64,000 bases of DNA from Methanotrichaceae archaeon (lineage in GTDB: Archaea > Halobacteriota > Methanosarcinia > Methanotrichales > Methanotrichaceae). Within the stretch, counting starts at the first letter, position 1, and the number at the start of each line of letters is the position of its first letter. The position numbers were made by a program, and so were the translations under genes. The stretch is taken from positions 96,001 to 160,000 of the forward strand of contig CAWEXU010000004.1 of the NCBI GenBank assembly GCA_963813075.1. The letters run 5' to 3'. The notes under the pieces are model-generated. The model was not told the DNA's origin, did no database searches, and was given only the letters and a program-made list of their open reading frames with translations. Of the stretch, positions 63,334 to 64,000 are shown piece after piece.

Positions 63334-63907
63334 TCAGACCGTGGACGGGGTAGCCGAGCCCACGGTATAGGTTGGCCTGGCTTTGGTGCTGCCTACCACA
63401 ACCGCGTCGCTGTTGCTAAGACCGCTGCCGACGACGAAGGTCGGTTTTACTGTCATTCCGAGCATTCTTGCCTCAGCCTGTCTGGTCTCCATCTTGCCAA
63501 GGATTCCAGCTGCCGGGATTATTGTCGGTACGACCTGGGTCTCAGCCCCCACAGATGCTACAGCCGTCTCATTGACCACGGGTGCAGCTTCAACTGCCGC
63601 GGGAATGATCTCTTCCACAGCCACGGTCTCATTCTGGACGGGTGCGGTCAGGTTTTCAGTCGCATTGATGCTCGCATTTTCTGCGGCAGGCACAGTGGCA
63701 TTCAATGTGGCATTGACCTGGGCAGGAGTGACATTGATGGTCTGGTTGGCGGAGAGATTTATGGTTCGTGTTATTCAATGTCGTGTTATTCAATGTCGTG
63801 TTGTTCAGAGCAGTGGCGTTCAGAGAGATATCCTGAGCGGAGACGGCCAGGACTGCGGCCATCATCAGTAGGAGAACGCCTGCGAAATATGTTAATTGTT
63901 TGCTCAT
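63334..63907 (-). CDS. Secreted N-glycosylation-rich low-complexity protein (frameshift near 63762)
   Basis: Signal peptide MSKQLTYF..AVSA-QD; LNNTT repeats; continues into ORF 63334..63705 (NAT/NET/NLT sequons). Confidence 0.75.
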
Positions 63908-64000
63908 ATAATACCTCGGCCTCCTTTCGAGCCTTTAAGCTTATCAATCTTGCCCATCCAAAGGGCATGGATGGCCATCAGCTCTCCAGGGTGCCCATAG

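Noticed and set aside
1749..63907. Frameshifts in iorA, B12 radical SAM, TPR, leuC, nucleotidyltransferase, DUF460, trpD, trpF, DUF364 and the last secreted gene as programmed frameshifting or pseudogenisation
   Set aside because: They are isolated 1-2 nt indels, mostly insertions without slippery sites, scattered across otherwise intact conserved genes. This is best explained by consensus errors; read mapping would settle it.

Overview
Archaeal chromosome segment from an aceticlastic methanogen, most likely Methanothrix (Methanosaeta)-like. This is inferred from a complete ACDS/CODH operon (cdhABC-cooC-cdhDE), mch, iorAB, the DUF39/NIL homocysteine synthesis pair, cobalamin genes and a trpDFEGC operon. 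About a dozen conserved genes carry isolated 1-2 nt indels, which look like long-read consensus errors rather than biology. Two accessory regions interrupt the core genes. The first (~24.6-31.3 kb, ending at the truA 3' end) holds a type II R-M pair, secreted proteins and a TA remnant. The second (~40.1-53.7 kb, ending at the trpC 3' end) holds decayed defence genes, an IS3 remnant, several TA modules and a triplicated modular non-coding repeat. Main observations: (1) two paralogous 56/58-aa microproteins, missed by the ORF track, lie inside the ACDS operon and look like the detached C-terminal assembly tail of CdhC, while CdhC itself ends in a truncated winged-helix-like domain that could dock them; (2) both accessory regions contain orphan, diverged copies of the 3' end of the flanking housekeeping gene (three for trpC, one for truA) separating cargo blocks, with no integrase in the window; (3) a 15-bp motif GGCCGACTCGCGGCG marks the junctions of a ~245-bp unit present in 2, 0 and 1 copies in the three repeat blocks.
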